The notes under the pieces were generated by a model, which saw only the letters and a list, made by a program, of their open reading frames with translations, did no database searches and was not told where the DNA came from. DNA of 64,000 nucleotides from the NCBI RefSeq assembly GCF_009914755.1, contig NC_060926.1, one strand, 5' to 3'. A program made the position numbers and the translations under genes. Of the stretch, positions 14,893 to 28,214 are shown in pieces. This DNA is from the human T2T-CHM13v2.0 reference genome, Homo sapiens. How positions within the stretch are numbered: the first letter of the stretch is position 1; every line of letters starts with the position of its first letter.

Positions 14893-15495
14893 GAAAGGCT
14901 CTTTCAAATACGAGACTTGACATCTGGTAGAACAAATAATTAATGGTGTCCGGAGGTAGTTAAAAAGGGAGGGATGGAAGACAAGCTTCAACTCCAGTGC
15001 CAACCCCAACTGAGCACCACGACCATCCCTGGGTCCCCGTAGCTATCACTGCATAATATCCACCATGCATTACAGGCTTTGGAGGTAGCACCAGCATCTC
15101 TAGGGCAGCCAGTCATTTCTCTAGAATGGTGTAGAACAACAGCACCAGGAACTGAAAGGAACCTGCAGTACAACACAGCAGGTGAGGAATAGAAAGCCTT
15201 GCCCGAATCTCACCACCAGAGGTGCCCTTGGACTGGGACTCAGGTCACTTCTTTCTGCCATGTGCCTGGTGGGAGTAGGATCTAGACAGGGGTATCCAGA
15301 TGAAGTGTCAGGTCTCCTTTAGTCCTGTGGTTTGACATGTTTAGTTCAATGGTTTCACACTGAACACTGACCCGACAAATGGGCATTTTCATGTGTGGAA
15401 GGTGAATGAACATGTTCTGTGAGCTTTCATAAAGTTCTGCTTAAAAAGTTTCCAAGCAGATCCTCCCTGTGGCCCCGCATGTATAGAGCTATAAA

Positions 15496-15687
15496 GGGAA
15501 TTCCCTAAAACAACAGACAAACCTCCAGGGCCTCCACGGTGCTGCACACATGTTCTTAAGCATCTCACAAGCAGCCAATGACATGTAAAGCAAATCACCT
15601 CTCAAGAACCACAGAAGCAGGGTAAGGAAAGGGAATATCCCACAAAACCTCTAACTACAGGAGCAGAGTAAGGAAAGGGAATATCCC
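15496..15687. promoter_or_regulatory. Cluster of three NF-kB-consensus sites (candidate)
   Basis: GGGAATTCCC at 15496-15505; GGGAATATCCC at 15631-15641 and 15677-15687 (minus strand GGGATATTCC fits GGGRNWYYCC). Motif match only. Confidence 0.4.
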
Positions 15688-15705
15688 ACAAAACCTCTAA
15701 CTACA
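15607..15705 (+). repeat. 46-bp tandem duplication (2 units plus 7-bp overhang)
   Basis: aaccacagaagcagggtaaggaaagggaatatcccacaaaacctct (15607-15652), then aactacaggagcagagtaaggaaagggaatatcccacaaaacctct (15653-15698), then aactaca. Confidence 0.97.
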
Positions 15706-15939
15706 ATGAGAAAAGCACCCAGTGGGGAAGAACCCTGCCCCCTCAGAAGCCACTGGGAAGGGGCACTTCCACCCTTGCTCAGCCCCTCACTCACAACCCC
15801 CTGGGCAGGAGGACCGTCTTCTATTAGTGCCTCTGTCGGGGAGAAGAATGGGTGCACACGGCTCAGCTAGGTCCTTCTGGATCTTCCCAAGGAGAAAGTG
15901 AATCTGTGCTGCTCTCCTGCCATGCAGAAAACTTAGCTA

Positions 15940-16864
15940 GCAGGGTCTGCCCTCAGGAGAAGCTGTGGCTGCTAAGCATCACCTGAGACCAATGTGACTG
16001 GGATGTTTAATTCCAGGGAGAAGAAACACAGACTGAAGGTCACCTTCTCTGAACCTACATTTGACTGTCATGTATACCTTATTTCTCAAAAAGTTTTGAA
16101 TTCAGGAGAGAAAGAAAAGATGTGTGTTTATGAGCCTCTTAAAATCCCAGCACATTCATGTCTGAACATGGGAGGTCATCTAATGTTTCGCATTAGCACA
16201 GGGATGGCAAATGTCTACTGCCTTCTCTTGCACATGTGGCATTCTCCAGAGCCATGAAGACCCATCAGAATCCCTGTCAACATGGTATTCATGGCGGGGC
16301 AGCTACTTGGTGGCCACCACTGCAACATGAAATATCACCTATTTGTTATGGCTGACCTTTGCCTATGGGACACTGGCCATGTCACTTTCGGAAGAACCCC
16401 TTCTTACTGTGCTTAGCCAAACAATTTACCTATAGTCATTATTCTCATTCAGCCATTCTACAAATATTTCATAAGCACTTTATAACTCTTTTAAGGGAGA
16501 GGGGAGCAGGTATTTTCTTTAAGGATCTTCTCTGAAATAAGGAAGTACTAAGAACAAAGTACCATGAACCTTACTGAGAAGACACATTCTCACTACAGTA
16601 GCATGTACAATTTAGGAAGAAGGGGACTGAAACATTCCAAAGTGTGCAGAGATGGTGGGCCATCCCAATGATGGACTGTGACAATCTTACATTCCATATG
16701 ATGACTGACAACTTCCTGAGACCTTGGCTCCACCATCAGTGTTTCTAGGACCCCATAAATAGACCATATCAAAGAGCTATTATCTACCTGAATACTCTAG
16801 TGCCACTTTTCTATTTTGGCAGGGTCTGCCCTCAAGAGAAGCTGTGGTTGTTGAGCATCACCTG
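15940..16864 (+). repeat. Dispersed 46-bp direct repeat (15940-15985 and 16819-16864)
   Basis: gcagggtctgccctcaggagaagctgtggctgctaagcatcacctg vs gcagggtctgccctcaagagaagctgtggttgttgagcatcacctg, 42/46 identical. Confidence 0.95.
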
Positions 16865-18127
16865 GGCATCCCCTCACAATTTGAATACACTTCAGTTTTT
16901 TCCATTCCACTTAAAGGAGCTAGGAGAGTAAGACATCAGAGTCCCCAGCGACATGGAGGAAGGAACTGAGACCGTCTACGTGAAACAATACAACTTCAAA
17001 TAAAAGGTCTTCCCAGTAAGTAACCCGGTTACTCGTCCTCAGTTAAGGGAGTTTCATGATGAATCACTGAATAAAAGCAGGAGGAGGTAGGAAGTAAGAA
17101 TATAAATTCAAACATAAATCTTTAAAAAAATCTCCATTATTTGTATTCTAAAATCAGAAGAGGAAGATCACCCATACTAACTGGCTAATCTAACCCTCAG
17201 GAACTACAGCCTTTGGGGAAACAGATTTGGGTATTTACGAGCTGGGTATGAATTAGAGGATCTCAGTTGGCTGGTACGGAAAGATTAGCAATCACTAGCC
17301 ACACAGTCTCAGCTAATCCCCCATCTGAGGCACAGGAGCTGTTACAGCCTGGTGGGGCTATGTGGGCAGGAATCCCCAGGAAATCTGAAGGATCACTTCC
17401 TGACAGCTTCGTGTGCTGAGTATCAGCACCTGGCCTGCTTTGATGATGGGTTTTACCCTAATCAGACCACCCAGAAATGAAAGGGACAAGGGAGCCAGCT
17501 GAGTTTCAGGGAGATGTCCAAGAAGCAACCAGGAGGATTAGAGAGGAAAGGCGTTCTTGTTATCTGTCAAATCCCCATACGTGCTGACAAGGACGGGAGG
17601 AAATGCCGTTTGAGGCTGTGTACTTACACAGTTTACAGGCTGTAACTTCATCTTCTAACCTGTAGGATAAATTACCCAAAACTAAAGGGACAAAATCCAA
17701 CTTCAAACTCAGAAGACCCCAGGAAGGAAAAGGCAGGAGGGTGCATTCATTTTGTCTGCAGACTCGGGCTCATGGGGAGAAATGACTGGACTTCCGAAGT
17801 GCAAACACGCTTGCTAAAAAGGCAAACACACTTGAGAGTTCTAACGACCTTCATCAGGAAAGGGTTCTTCCTTCAGTAAGTATTGTCATGCATTTTTCCC
17901 CCCTCAGCTGAGACACCAGCCCAAGGTGGATTTAACTGTGGCACTTTTCATAAGCAGTGTCAACTCAGGACACCTCAGTAAGCACAGCTCTCAGCCTCTC
18001 AGGTCTAATCCCAAGACAGCTATGGTTTTTTCATGGGTCCAAAAGCCCAGAATATAACATTCTGAAATGATGATTTATGTTCAGGAAAAGAGAAGCAGGG
18101 TAGGACCTATTTCTTGATGGACAGGAA

Positions 18128-18346
18128 CAGGTCCATCTGAAAATGCTGGGACTGGAAGCATTTTGGATTTTGGATTTTTTTTTGAATATTTGCATTATAG
18201 AATACCGGTTGAGCATCCCAAATCCATAAATTTGAAGTCCAAAATGTTCCAATGAGAAGTTCCTTTGAGCGCCACGTCAGTGCTCAGAAAGTTGAATTTT
18301 GGAGCATTCTGGATTTTGGATTTTCAGATTTGGGATGCTCAACCTG
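18128..18346 (+). mobile_element. Tigger4a/MER46 (Zombi) DNA transposon
   Basis: 'ccggttgagcatcccaaatcc...tcctttgagcgccacgtcagtgctc...tttgggatgctcaacctg'. Confidence 0.85.
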
Positions 18347-18474
18347 GATAAGAGCCAGTGATGTCCTGGTCTGAAAGGCTGAGAGAGAAGGGAAAAGGTC
18401 ACTCACAAAGACATTTAGGAGGATATGGAGGAGCTATACATATAAAGGCCATAGAATTTAAATGAATTGAAGGA

Positions 18475-18769
18475 TTTTTTTTTCTTTTTTAAGACGGAGT
18501 CTCGCTCTGTTGCCCAGGCTGGAGTGGAGTGAGCGATGTCAGCTCACTGCAACCTACGCCTCCCAGGTTCAAGCGATTCTCCCGCCTCAGCCTCCTGAGT
18601 AGCTGGGACTACAGGCGCCTGCTACCACGCCCAGCTAATTTTTGTATTTTTAGTAGAGACGGGGTTTTACCATATTGACCAGGGTGGTCTCGAACTCCTG
18701 ACCTTGTGATCCGCCCGCCTCGGCCTCCCAAAGTGCTGGGATTACAGGCATAAGCCACCGCGCCCGGCC
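18475..18769 (-). mobile_element. AluSg-like
   Basis: Full antisense Alu with 'cgaactcctgaccttgtgatccgcccgcc' (2-bp deletion type); many CpGs retained. Confidence 0.93.
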
Positions 18770-19069
18770 CTGCATTTGATTTTTAACAGAGAAGATGTAA
18801 AAACAGTAATAGAATAACAGACTTTGCTTAAGGATGGTATGTCTAGTGACAACTGGTCAAACATGAGAGTGTTAAGAGAGGGTGGTTATAATTGGGAAGA
18901 ATGTCCTGGAACATTCAGAATGCACAATCCCTGGATTTAAGGAAAAGGTTATAAAAACCAAGTAACCAGTCGTTGATGTATTTCCAGAGTCACCTATTCT
19001 TTAATGTTGCCTTGATTCTTTTAATACTGGTAAATTTTCATAGGCATCTCACAATCACAAAGAGATGAA

Positions 19070-19505
19070 TGTGGATCCTGGCTCCATCATTCAGAGCTCC
19101 ATGACCTTGCTCAGGTTAGTGGCTTCTCAGAGCCTCAGCTTTCCATCAGTTAAAATACCTACTCTTTAGATACTTTTCAAGATTAGGGTGCTTAACCCGG
19201 TCCTAACACACAGTAACTGCTCAAAAAACAGTAACTACCATTAACTCAGTGAACAATTACTGAGCACCTACCAATGAAGAATAACATCAGCCATGTCTTC
19301 AAGGAAAATTTATAGGCAAGACGGACATGCGCACAACCAAGTTAGACTAGCTATGGAAACTGTGGGCATGTTATTTGACCCGTCTGACTGCAAACCTATC
19401 ATCCATAGAATGCATATAGTAAGAGTGTGTACCTGACATGGTTGTGGTAAGGATCCACTGAGTTAATACATGTCAGGTGCTCAAAATAGTACATGACACA
19501 CAGTC
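19070..19505 (+). mobile_element. Two MIR fragments
   Basis: 'tgaccttgctcaggttagtggcttctcagagcctcagctttcc' and 'ctgtgggcatgttatttgacccgtctg...ggttgtggtaaggatc'. Boundaries approximate. Confidence 0.6.
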
Positions 19506-19532
19506 GATGATGATGATGATGATGATGATGAT
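19506..19532 (+). repeat. (GAT)n microsatellite
   Basis: gatgatgatgat... run directly visible. Confidence 0.95.
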
Positions 19533-19536
19533 ATGA

Positions 19537-19890
19537 TGTAATGGTTAGCTTTATATGTCAACCTAGCTAGGTCACAGTACCCAGACATTTGGTAAATACT
19601 AGTCTAGTCATTTCTGTGAAGGCATTTTTTAGATGAGATTGACATCAAAATCAGTAGGCTTTGAGTAAAGCAGATTACTCTGTGTAATGTGGGTGGGCCT
19701 CATCCAATTAGTTGGAGGCTTTAAGAGAAAAAGACTGAGGCCCTCAGGGAAGAGGGAATTCTGCCATCAGACAGCCTTTGGATAAGACTGCAACATCAAC
19801 TCTTCCCTGGGTGTCTAGCCTGCTGGCCATCCCTGCAGATTTGTGACTTGCCAGTCCCCACAATTATGTGAACCAATTCTTTAATATGAG
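19537..19890 (+). mobile_element. MLT2 (ERVL) LTR
   Basis: 'tgtaatggttagctttatatgtcaacctagctagg...tttgagtaaagcagattac...gtgggtgggcctcatccaattagttgga'. Confidence 0.88.
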
Positions 19891-20049
19891 TCTTAGTGTC
19901 TTTCTCTGGCTCTCCATGTATATAATATACACTTGTCAGAGACAGAGAGATTCTATGGCCTTTATACATGCAGCCCCTCTGTATACACCTATAGAATTAC
20001 CTTTTTCCTCTCTCAGCCTTTCCAACCAGGTCATTACTCGCTCTTATAT

Positions 20050-20135
20050 GGCTTGAGCATTCCAAATCCGAAAATCTGAAATGCTCCAAAATTTGAAAGT
20101 TTTTGAGTACCAACATGACACTCAAAGGAAGCACT
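20050..20135 (+). mobile_element. Tigger4 fragment
   Basis: 'ttgagcattccaaatccgaaaatctgaaatgctccaaaatttgaaagtttttgagtaccaacatgacactcaaaggaa'. Confidence 0.75.
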
Positions 20136-21374
20136 GTTGCTCTCTCTCTCTTGGTCTGACATATCCTATTAATCTAATACAAATGTTATTTTGTTATTTT
20201 ATTATTTTATGGCTAAGAAAGAAAGGAAGTGTGAGAAATCAATATCACAAACAAGATTTCTGCTTGATCAACTTTTTCTGCGTGGCCCTGGAAGGACTAT
20301 CCTGTTTCATCTTTGTTCCATAAATCCACTGGCAGAATGCCAAGAGAAGTTACTTAATGCATACCTGGTCATTTGCTTTTTATTAGAAAATAAATACAAA
20401 TGTTTAATTAAGATAAACTTGGGTAACATTTAACCTTCCTGATGACACCATGGGGCAAAGGTTTTCACACTTAACTCAGTTAATCACATAAACATAACTA
20501 AGTTCTCTGATGCAGGAGAGAAAAGGGCCCTGGTGAGTCTCCCTCTTTACTCTCTTAAAGAACACCTAAGCTCCTCTCCTACAGAAGAGCTCATTTCAGT
20601 TTAGATTGACACTGTATTTAAGGAACATTTAAATATTTGCAACAAATTGAAATGAATCACCCAAGATGAAAAATCCAACTTCCATACTGCAGCTTTAGAA
20701 AGGCTATGATATACTGAAATAGAAACTACTAGTTGTCTTACTCTGAACTCCATACAGGAATGTATATGGCGATTTCCAAAACGAAGCTTCCTGAAGCATC
20801 TGATATTCTGACTACTTCTGCTGGATTAGTGGAACACTTTAAATGTAAAAAACGCAATCTGTATTTCTCTCATTATCTGTTTATAGCACTAATAAGAACC
20901 ACTCTGCTCTACTGTCAGTTTTCCGCTGGGATAGTTTTAAAGTTTTAAGAGTACCTAAAAGCTTTATATTTAAGTCTTGCTCTCAATGATGGGTGTATTG
21001 TTCTGGTGGGGCCTATATAGCTTTAGATGATAGTTAGATGTGTTATGCTATAGTCATTTAAAAGTTAATTTTGGGGAAACAAAATTTCTCAATAAATACT
21101 AAGATCTTAGACTTTTCAGTAACTTCCACTGCCAAATGCGTATGTCTAATGTGGCAAATGCCCCATGCTATAATCCGAAGTCAGGACACCTGATGCTCCA
21201 GGGTTTCCAGACATGTGTGTGTGAGTGTGCACAGGGTCTATGTATGCTGGTACACTTAATCTGCTAGATGGGCTTTCTTCTGGGATTATAAAGTACTTCA
21301 CACAAATTAAGCCATGAGAATAAGACTTCTCTGAAATGGATAGAATATTCCAGTTCTCCATTTTATCCTCACAG

Positions 21375-21927
21375 TGTCAGAGGCATTTGAATCAGAGCAA
21401 CTCCATCTTGAATAGGAGCTGGGTAAAATGAGGCTGAAACCTACTGGGCTGCATTCCCAGATTGTTAGGCATTCTAAGTCACAGGAAGAGACAGGAGGTC
21501 AGCACAAGATACAGGTCACGAAGACCTTGCTGCTAAAACAGGCTGCAGTAAAGAAGCAGCCAAATCTCACCAAAACCAAGATGGTGACGAGAGTGACCTC
21601 TGGTCGTCCTCACTGCTGCACTCCCACCAGCACCATGACAGTTTACAAATGCCATGGCAATGTCAGGAAGTTACCCTATATGGTCTAATAAGGGGAGGCA
21701 TGAATAATCCACCCTTGTTTAGCATATCATCAAGAAATAACCAAAAAAATGGGCAACCAGCAGCCCTCAGGGCTGCTCTGTCTATGGAGTAGCCATTCTT
21801 TTATCCCTTTACTTTCTTAATAAACTTGCTTTAGCCTTGCACTTGTGGACTCACCCTGAATTCTTTCTTGCATGAGATCCGAGAACCCTCTCCTGGCATC
21901 TGGATTGGGACCCCTTTCCTGTTAACA
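21375..21927 (+). mobile_element. MER41A solo LTR (ERV1)
   Basis: 553 bp with TGTCAGAGGC...TAACA termini and an AATAAA; perfect 4-bp TSD acag (21371-21374, 21928-21931); lacks the GAS-motif segment that MER41B carries. Confidence 0.93.
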
Positions 21928-22534
21928 ACAGTGTCGAAAACCAAAACCAGAACTAGAACCAGGAGGCAATTCCAGCTCGTGATTTTTTTTCTGTTTGTCA
22001 TACCCCCACCTGTCTTTGTTTCGTGGCCACCCGCTCCCGGCTCCCACCTGTCTGGTGCAGCACTCTGGGACCACTGGAGAGGAAATCAGAAAAGGCTGAC
22101 GGAGGCTAAAGACACTGTGGTAGAGCAGGAGCATTCCCAGGCAGCACAGGCTGTGCTTCTGAAGCCCTGAGCAGGGAACGTGAGCTCTTGCTGAGAGCAC
22201 ACCAGGAAAAACTAACCCCTGCCAAGAAGGTGGGTCTGACCAAGGGCCCGTCTCCAGGCCACAGACGGTGACCACAGGGGAGTTTCTCTGGCAAACAGTC
22301 AGAGAGAAAAAAAGAAAACAACGATCTCAGCACCACTCTGACCTCATAGGACAGCAGGGATTCTTTAGAGGATTGGGCAGCTCTCACTGCTACTAAAGGC
22401 TTCACCTGAAAGAAAAATTGAACAGCCTCGTGGGCAGTTTAATGATGTACCACGCTACTGTTATTTACTGCACTTATTAGAGCAGCCTAGCACACCATAG
22501 TAAATCTACTAAAGTTTTACATTACCTTAAGTAT

Positions 22535-23057
22535 ATATGGTAGCAGAGTCTGACAGCTGCATATCACGATGATCCATTCTTCCATTCTTCATGACTAACA
22601 GCCCCTGAATTTTGTTGGATAAGGCAATGTAACCAACTTAAAAACTACATTTCCTAATTTCCACTGTGACTACACATGGGACTAAATTCTGTTCAATGAG
22701 ATCAAAGAAGCTCTATCTGGGGGCTTCTTACAAAGCTTCCTAAGTGGGGACTTAGCTAAAACCCCTCTTCTGTCCTTCCTCCTTCTTCCTCCTTCCTATC
22801 AGGAATAGAGACACGATGGCTGGAGCCACAGTATCTTGTGACAGTGAAGCAATTTTGAGAATAGAAGTCACACACTAAGGATGACATGATAACGAAAATG
22901 AATGAATCTGGGGTGCTGATGACATCACGGAGCCTCTGCTCCACCCCTGCAGTGCCTACCTCTATACTTCATGGTATGTGAAAGAAAACACAAATATCAT
23001 TTTGTTAAAACCATTGATTTTCAGGTCATTCACAGACAACTGCAATTCCTAACTGAA
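22535..23057 (+). mobile_element. Old MLT1 (J/I-like) MaLR LTR
   Basis: 'aaaactacatttcc...gactaaattctg...gatggctggagcc...atcttgtgac...aattcctaactga'. Confidence 0.7.
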
Positions 23058-23169
23058 TGAGTGTACACTGAACACACAGATACAACATATATATAAGTGT
23101 AAGCAGCCTGCTGAGATCAACCAATCAATCATTGAAAGATTATCTCCCAGGCAGCCGCAGTCATCCCTT

Positions 23170-23760
23170 TCTCTAGTGAATCGTTCAGCACTTACTGAGT
23201 GCCTACTTATCAGCCAAGTGTTGAAGATACGAAGATGGATGAGACACAGCTCACGCCCTCAAGCAAATGACGATCTGCTGGAGGACACACTCAGGAAGTA
23301 GTGGTAACTGCTGTATGAACAGTAAGATGCATGCAGTGCATCCATTTAACAGATGTCTGTTACACACCTACTAAGTGGTAGGCAGTCTCCAAGGGCTACG
23401 TTCACAAGTCTATATTCTAGATGGCATGGGGCAGAGCAAGTTAGAGGGTGGACAAGAAAAATAATAAAGAAGAAAATGAAGGAACAAGACAACTTCAGAA
23501 AATAAGGATGATGTGCTAGTGAGTGACTGCTGGGAGCTATTTTAGACATGGTGACCAGAAAAGGCCTCAATGTAAAGGGTATATTTAAACTAAGATTATG
23601 AATTAAGTGGGGGGAGGGGCGGGGGGGGGGTCGCGGCACAGGGAATGGCCTGTGAAGGGCTTGGGGAAGAACATTTTTGGCAGAAGGAAGAGCAAGTAGA
23701 AAGGTCCTGAGGCAGGAATAGGTCAGATAGAATGTTAGAGGGTGGTGCTCATGGCTCAGA
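23170..23760 (-). mobile_element. L2 fragments
   Basis: 'cagcacttactgagtgcctac', 'ggtgaccagaaaaggcctc', 'aaggtcctgaggcagga' are typical antisense L2. Confidence 0.65.
23609..23630 (+). repeat. G-run G6-A-G4-C-G10 (G-quadruplex-competent)
   Basis: G6-A-G4-C-G10 read directly at 23609-23630. Confidence 0.8.
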
Positions 23761-24988
23761 GAGGAGCTTTGATTGTGGGGAAATGGAGAAGTCAAGGAAA
23801 GTTTCCCAAGTTGCCCTTGACTACAACCAAGTCTTCCTCCTCTCTAGAGCCAGGGGATTCCCATCAGAGAAGGAGCACAGCTGCCTGAACCCCACCCTCT
23901 CCACCCACCTGGCCTCACAGCTGGCTCAGTGACACCTTTATCTGTGCCTTAATCCCAATATATTTTCCTTCCCTGAAGAGCAATATGGATGCCGTCTCCC
24001 TCCAAGTATAAGACTTGGGCTGAGGGGAAAGCAGAAACCCCTCCTTTTCCTTCTGCGTTAGAGAAAACCATTTTTCAGCAGCACTACCACTTCAAAAGCA
24101 GCTGTCCTGAATAAGACCCAGGCTGCTTTCAGATCAATGGCCATACGAAAGCTCACTAAAACACCATTCCTGTTCGAGGTTTGCCCAGTACCACAGTTCA
24201 AAAGGATCAACCCCATTGTCATGGGTCATAGTCCACACCAGTGTAGAAGAGCAACAGCCCCCAGGATCTACAGCTGCAGAGAGCACCAGGCAGGATAAAC
24301 TGATGCAACCTGCCCCCTTACTCCAAAATCCTAAGCTGGTCCCATGCGAGGGTCCATGAACAGGCATGACCATGCTGGACAGTGTCTGCAGTCCTAGGTA
24401 CCCTCAAATAGCTTCATCACAAATACCAAAAAGATGATGACATCCCTAATCTTTTGATTTAGTTACTATTATTTACCCATCAGGAAATGCACTAGGAATG
24501 CACTAGTCACAGAATCAACTTTAGAAGACTTCAGGGGTGATACATCTGATTTTCAATGAATGGTGGTGTTATTACATGGACAGTGATTCTTTGATCAGTA
24601 AAAGAAAATGTGACACTGCCTTCTTTCCAAACCCTACCTCTTTTCCTCTGAAAACTATGACTTTATCAAGTGACTGAGTTTTTCCCTATTTTAACAAAGA
24701 CTTTCTATCCTTTCATAGATTCACTGCACTGAATAAATTGTCTGTTTATTACCTGTTGATCTACTTCTAGTGAATTCTGCTTGTTAAAAAAGTGGAATCG
24801 TAATTTCTCACTGGTTTTCTATTAAGCCTCCACTCAATGTTCTTGGTCTCCTCTCTAACAATGGAGCTGATGAGTTTAGTGGAGTCTCCCGGTAATTTCC
24901 CTCTTGTATTGCATGTTTCTCTCAGATGAATATTTCAGTTAAAACTGAGACTAGTTGATAATTTTTTCCACTGAAGTCTGTATTCCAA

Positions 24989-25273
24989 TTTTTTTTTTTT
25001 TGATACAGGGTTTTGCCCAGGCTGGATCACAGTAGCACCACCACGGCTCACAGCCTCGACCTCCTGGGCTCAAGTAATCCTCCTACCTCAGTCTCCCAAG
25101 TAGCTGGGACTATAGGCATGCACCACCATGCCTAGGTAGTGATTTCATATTTTTGTAGAGAAAGGGTCTCCCTAAATTACCAAGGCTGGTCTTGAACCCC
25201 TGGGCTCAAGCCATCCTCCCGCCTCCGCTTCCCAAAGTGCTGGGATTACAGGCATGAAGCACTGCACCCGGCT
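24989..25273 (-). mobile_element. AluJ
   Basis: Antisense Alu with J-type 'ctcctgggctcaag' motifs. Confidence 0.92.
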
Positions 25274-27181
25274 CTACTCCTATTTTTGTCTGGTTGTTCA
25301 TCTGGATCTGACCAAGTACGGCCTATCTGCCTCACCCACTTCTGTCTTCCATAAGCTCTGTTTAATGTCAGATAACATGTATTGACTTTTTGTTCTATCT
25401 GCCAAAATTGGGATTGGAGTTGAGTATATTGGGTTGAAGTTGATTATATTCTTTCCATGTTGTCACACTGTGGGTGTTTTTCACTGTAAAATTAGAGCTA
25501 TTTAAATACATTATCTGCTCACCTACAAAAGCTCTCACTTCTTCAGAAACACAGAGGTTGGTCAATGCTTCCCATTCCACTGAATTCACACACCCTGCTG
25601 GGAATCCAGTGATGAATGGAGAATGGGGAGGGTCAGCCTCACCTTCCATGCAGGTCAATATGTTTATTTTTAAAGAAGAGTCAACCTGCTCTACTACTTT
25701 TTGTTTTTTTAATTCCTTAGTACTCACACACTATGAACCATGCACGCACATGCTACGAACCATGCTTGGGGAAGGTACAAGAAGGATAAGACAAGGCATT
25801 GGGTGACAGAGCTGCCACGGGGCTCGCCTCTAGCCAGAGTGATATATAGTAAAGGGTCCACAGGACCTATGTCCAGAAAGAGTTTTCTTTTTCCAGCAAA
25901 ACATAATAAACAAAATCTAAAATATATATTGTCTTACACTTGAGAGAAAATATATGAACCATAAGAAGCTAATTATTGGATTTTTTAAAAAACAGACTTA
26001 GAGAAAATGCAGTCATAAGGACTTCACGTGAGTCTTTGAGTAGAATTCAACCATTTAAGTACTCCCCACTCATTGGACACCTATGCACGTAGGCACTGTT
26101 AGTGCTGGAGTAACAAAGGCATGACCTGCATCCTGCTCTTGGGGAGACCTGGCCCTTAGACATGAGCACATGTATAGAGGTAACTCATGCAGGATGATAA
26201 GGCTGGTGGAGAGATGCAAACCGAGCACACAGGAACCGGCAATCAATCAAACAGCCTTTAGCTGGTTGTGGGAAGACCACGTTAGCAAACAGATGCTGAA
26301 GTCTTCTTTACACACAGAATTAGCAAAACTAGTAGCAAAACAGATCTTTGACCAGGTAAAGCCAGTAGCCTAACGGGACTCTGAAGTAAGTTTTTACACT
26401 TTCCTTGAAGACTCATGGCAAATATGAACCTCCTATTTCTGCTGATGGGGTGAAGAGCTGAGGTCAAAGAGCCTCCCTGGGTCTCCCAGTTCTCATCACA
26501 CTTTCTCACCTATGAGGGCAGACTGCCCACCCAGGCATCCCAGGGGCTCCCACCCTGGGAGTCATCAGGTTTGGCCCCTTTTCTTCTTTTCATGAAGACA
26601 ATGAACAGGAAGGAGTTAGTAACAGTTCCTGCTTTCTACTTGCTCAATTTTTACCTCCTGCTATCTAGCAGGGGAAAATGAGAAACTCTCCATCGGCCTC
26701 ACCCTCACTGGAGAAATTGTATGTGATCCAGGTTATGTAAACAACTCTTCCTTCAAACAGCTTCTTGTGGACTTTATAACCTCGTCTACCAGTATTGTTA
26801 TAGATGGCTCAGCTCTAAACTCTGAGATGGATAATTGATATAGAAGCCATACTCCCTGAAAGTAAGCCATGCTTATGGAAGATGCTTGGGGTTTAAAAAC
26901 AAAGGCTGTCAACAAAAGCCCTCCCAGCCACTCGGCACTTATCAGAAAACCTGTGAAGGATGTGACAGAGAGATCCAGCACACCCAGCAGAAGTCTGGAT
27001 GATGCTCTAAATATAGCTGTTGAATGATTAGTATCAATGACTACGTATGTGCAAAGCCAGTTAACTAAATTTTGACAAATAGAAATTCCTTGGTTAACTA
27101 TTTCAATGATTTTCTAAACATTTCATAGGAAATGAAATTCAAGAAACATGTATCTTTCATGCAGTCCTCCCCTGGGTTCTA

Positions 27182-27668
<487 letters not shown>

Positions 27669-28214
27669 CTAGCAGACTGACAGTTACCAAAATATAGGAA
27701 AGAAAATTAACTTGGGGTACCCTAATTTGAAATCAATAATAAATAGGAATTAGGCCAAAGTTTACGTTTTTTACTACACATATAAAATGGTCTGTTGGAG
27801 GAAACAACAGTACCAAGAGTTGTTGTGTAGGATAAGTCATACTTAACCTACTTAGGAGACTGGAGTATCTCAGACATCTCTGCATCCGCAATTATATACA
27901 AATAACTAACAAACTAATTACAAACCATTAAGGCAGTGACTATGTCTTTCATTTGTGTGTCACTCAAAGGGCCTTGCCCCCCATTCTAGACAAAATGATC
28001 TTTGTTAAAATGTGTCACTTATGGGCTTCTACTTGGCAACATGTTGGTCATCTCCTGCAAGCAGATATATTATTTGATTCGGTCGTTCATTAGGTAAATA
28101 TTTATTCAATATTTATTATGTCCAAAGCTCTGTATTAAGTGCTATAACTGAATATAAAGGCGCATAACACATCTAAACAAATATACGGGATATAAAGTCA
28201 GAAAGTGAACATCC

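Noticed and set aside
15607-15705. CRISPR-like repeat-spacer pattern
   Set aside because: Only two adjacent units with no unique spacers, in primate DNA with no cas genes; it is a simple tandem duplication.
22343-22405. 63-nt minus-strand exon candidate (VKPLVAVRAAQSSKESLLSYE)
   Set aside because: The acceptor is good but the donor is weak (gtcaga) and the peptide is unrecognised.
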